Shown one piece after another: positions 36,990 to 37,123 of a stretch of DNA of 37,123 nucleotides. The notes under the pieces are model-generated. The model ran no database searches. It was not told where the DNA came from and saw nothing but the letters and a program-made list of their open reading frames with translations. Both the position numbers and the translations under genes were made by a program. Source of the DNA: Rotaria socialis (Eukaryota); the NCBI GenBank assembly GCA_905331295.1, contig CAJNYD010000105.1, forward strand, positions 62,001 through 99,123. The letters are read 5' to 3'. How positions within the stretch are numbered: the first letter of the stretch is position 1; each line of letters opens with the position of its first letter.

Positions 36990-37123
36990 TACCAGAGACG
37001 TGCGCAGGACATACTTTTTGTGTTCTCAAAAAATGAGTACACTCTAGATTCGGTCAGTGTGTCCGGCCGTTAACACGATAACTCTTGAAAGCCTCATCCA
37101 ATTGTCTTGAAATTTTGTACACA
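36990..37123 (+). mobile_element. Possible 5' part of a DINE-1/HINE-like non-autonomous Helentron element, truncated by the window edge
   Basis: TGTCCGGCCGTTAACACGATAACTC...TGAAATTTTGTACACA resembles the core of such elements. This is pattern recall only. Confidence 0.35.

Noticed and set aside
1..37123. Horizontally acquired or prokaryote-like system
   Set aside because: All recognised genes are intron-containing members of animal or general eukaryotic families, and no operon-like or foreign ORF was seen.

Overview
AT-rich metazoan DNA with many short GT-AG introns (mostly about 50-65 nt). This architecture is most consistent with a bdelloid rotifer or similar small spiralian, which is an inference. 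I reconstructed eight spliced genes by hand, each with a continuous frame: a TMX1/TMX4-like thioredoxin (+), a Hes/hairy bHLH-Orange-WRPW repressor (+), an EFCAB2/DRC8-like EF-hand protein (-), an unknown low-complexity protein (+), an FMRFamide-receptor-like class A GPCR (-), an unknown type-I membrane protein with a furin site and PY motif (-), FAM110 (-) and a Shaw/Kv3 potassium channel (+). A decayed Tc3-like DD34E transposon with IR/DR-type ends carries two nested CCC...GGG MITEs, and further MITEs and TE fragments lie elsewhere. I found no RNA gene, CRISPR array or obviously horizontally acquired gene, and nothing I can confidently call a wholly new biological system. The best leads are the Shaw channel with a nearly uncharged S4 and degenerate S6 gate, the furin/PY-motif membrane protein, the Hes-site cluster upstream of Hes, and the nested TE architecture.
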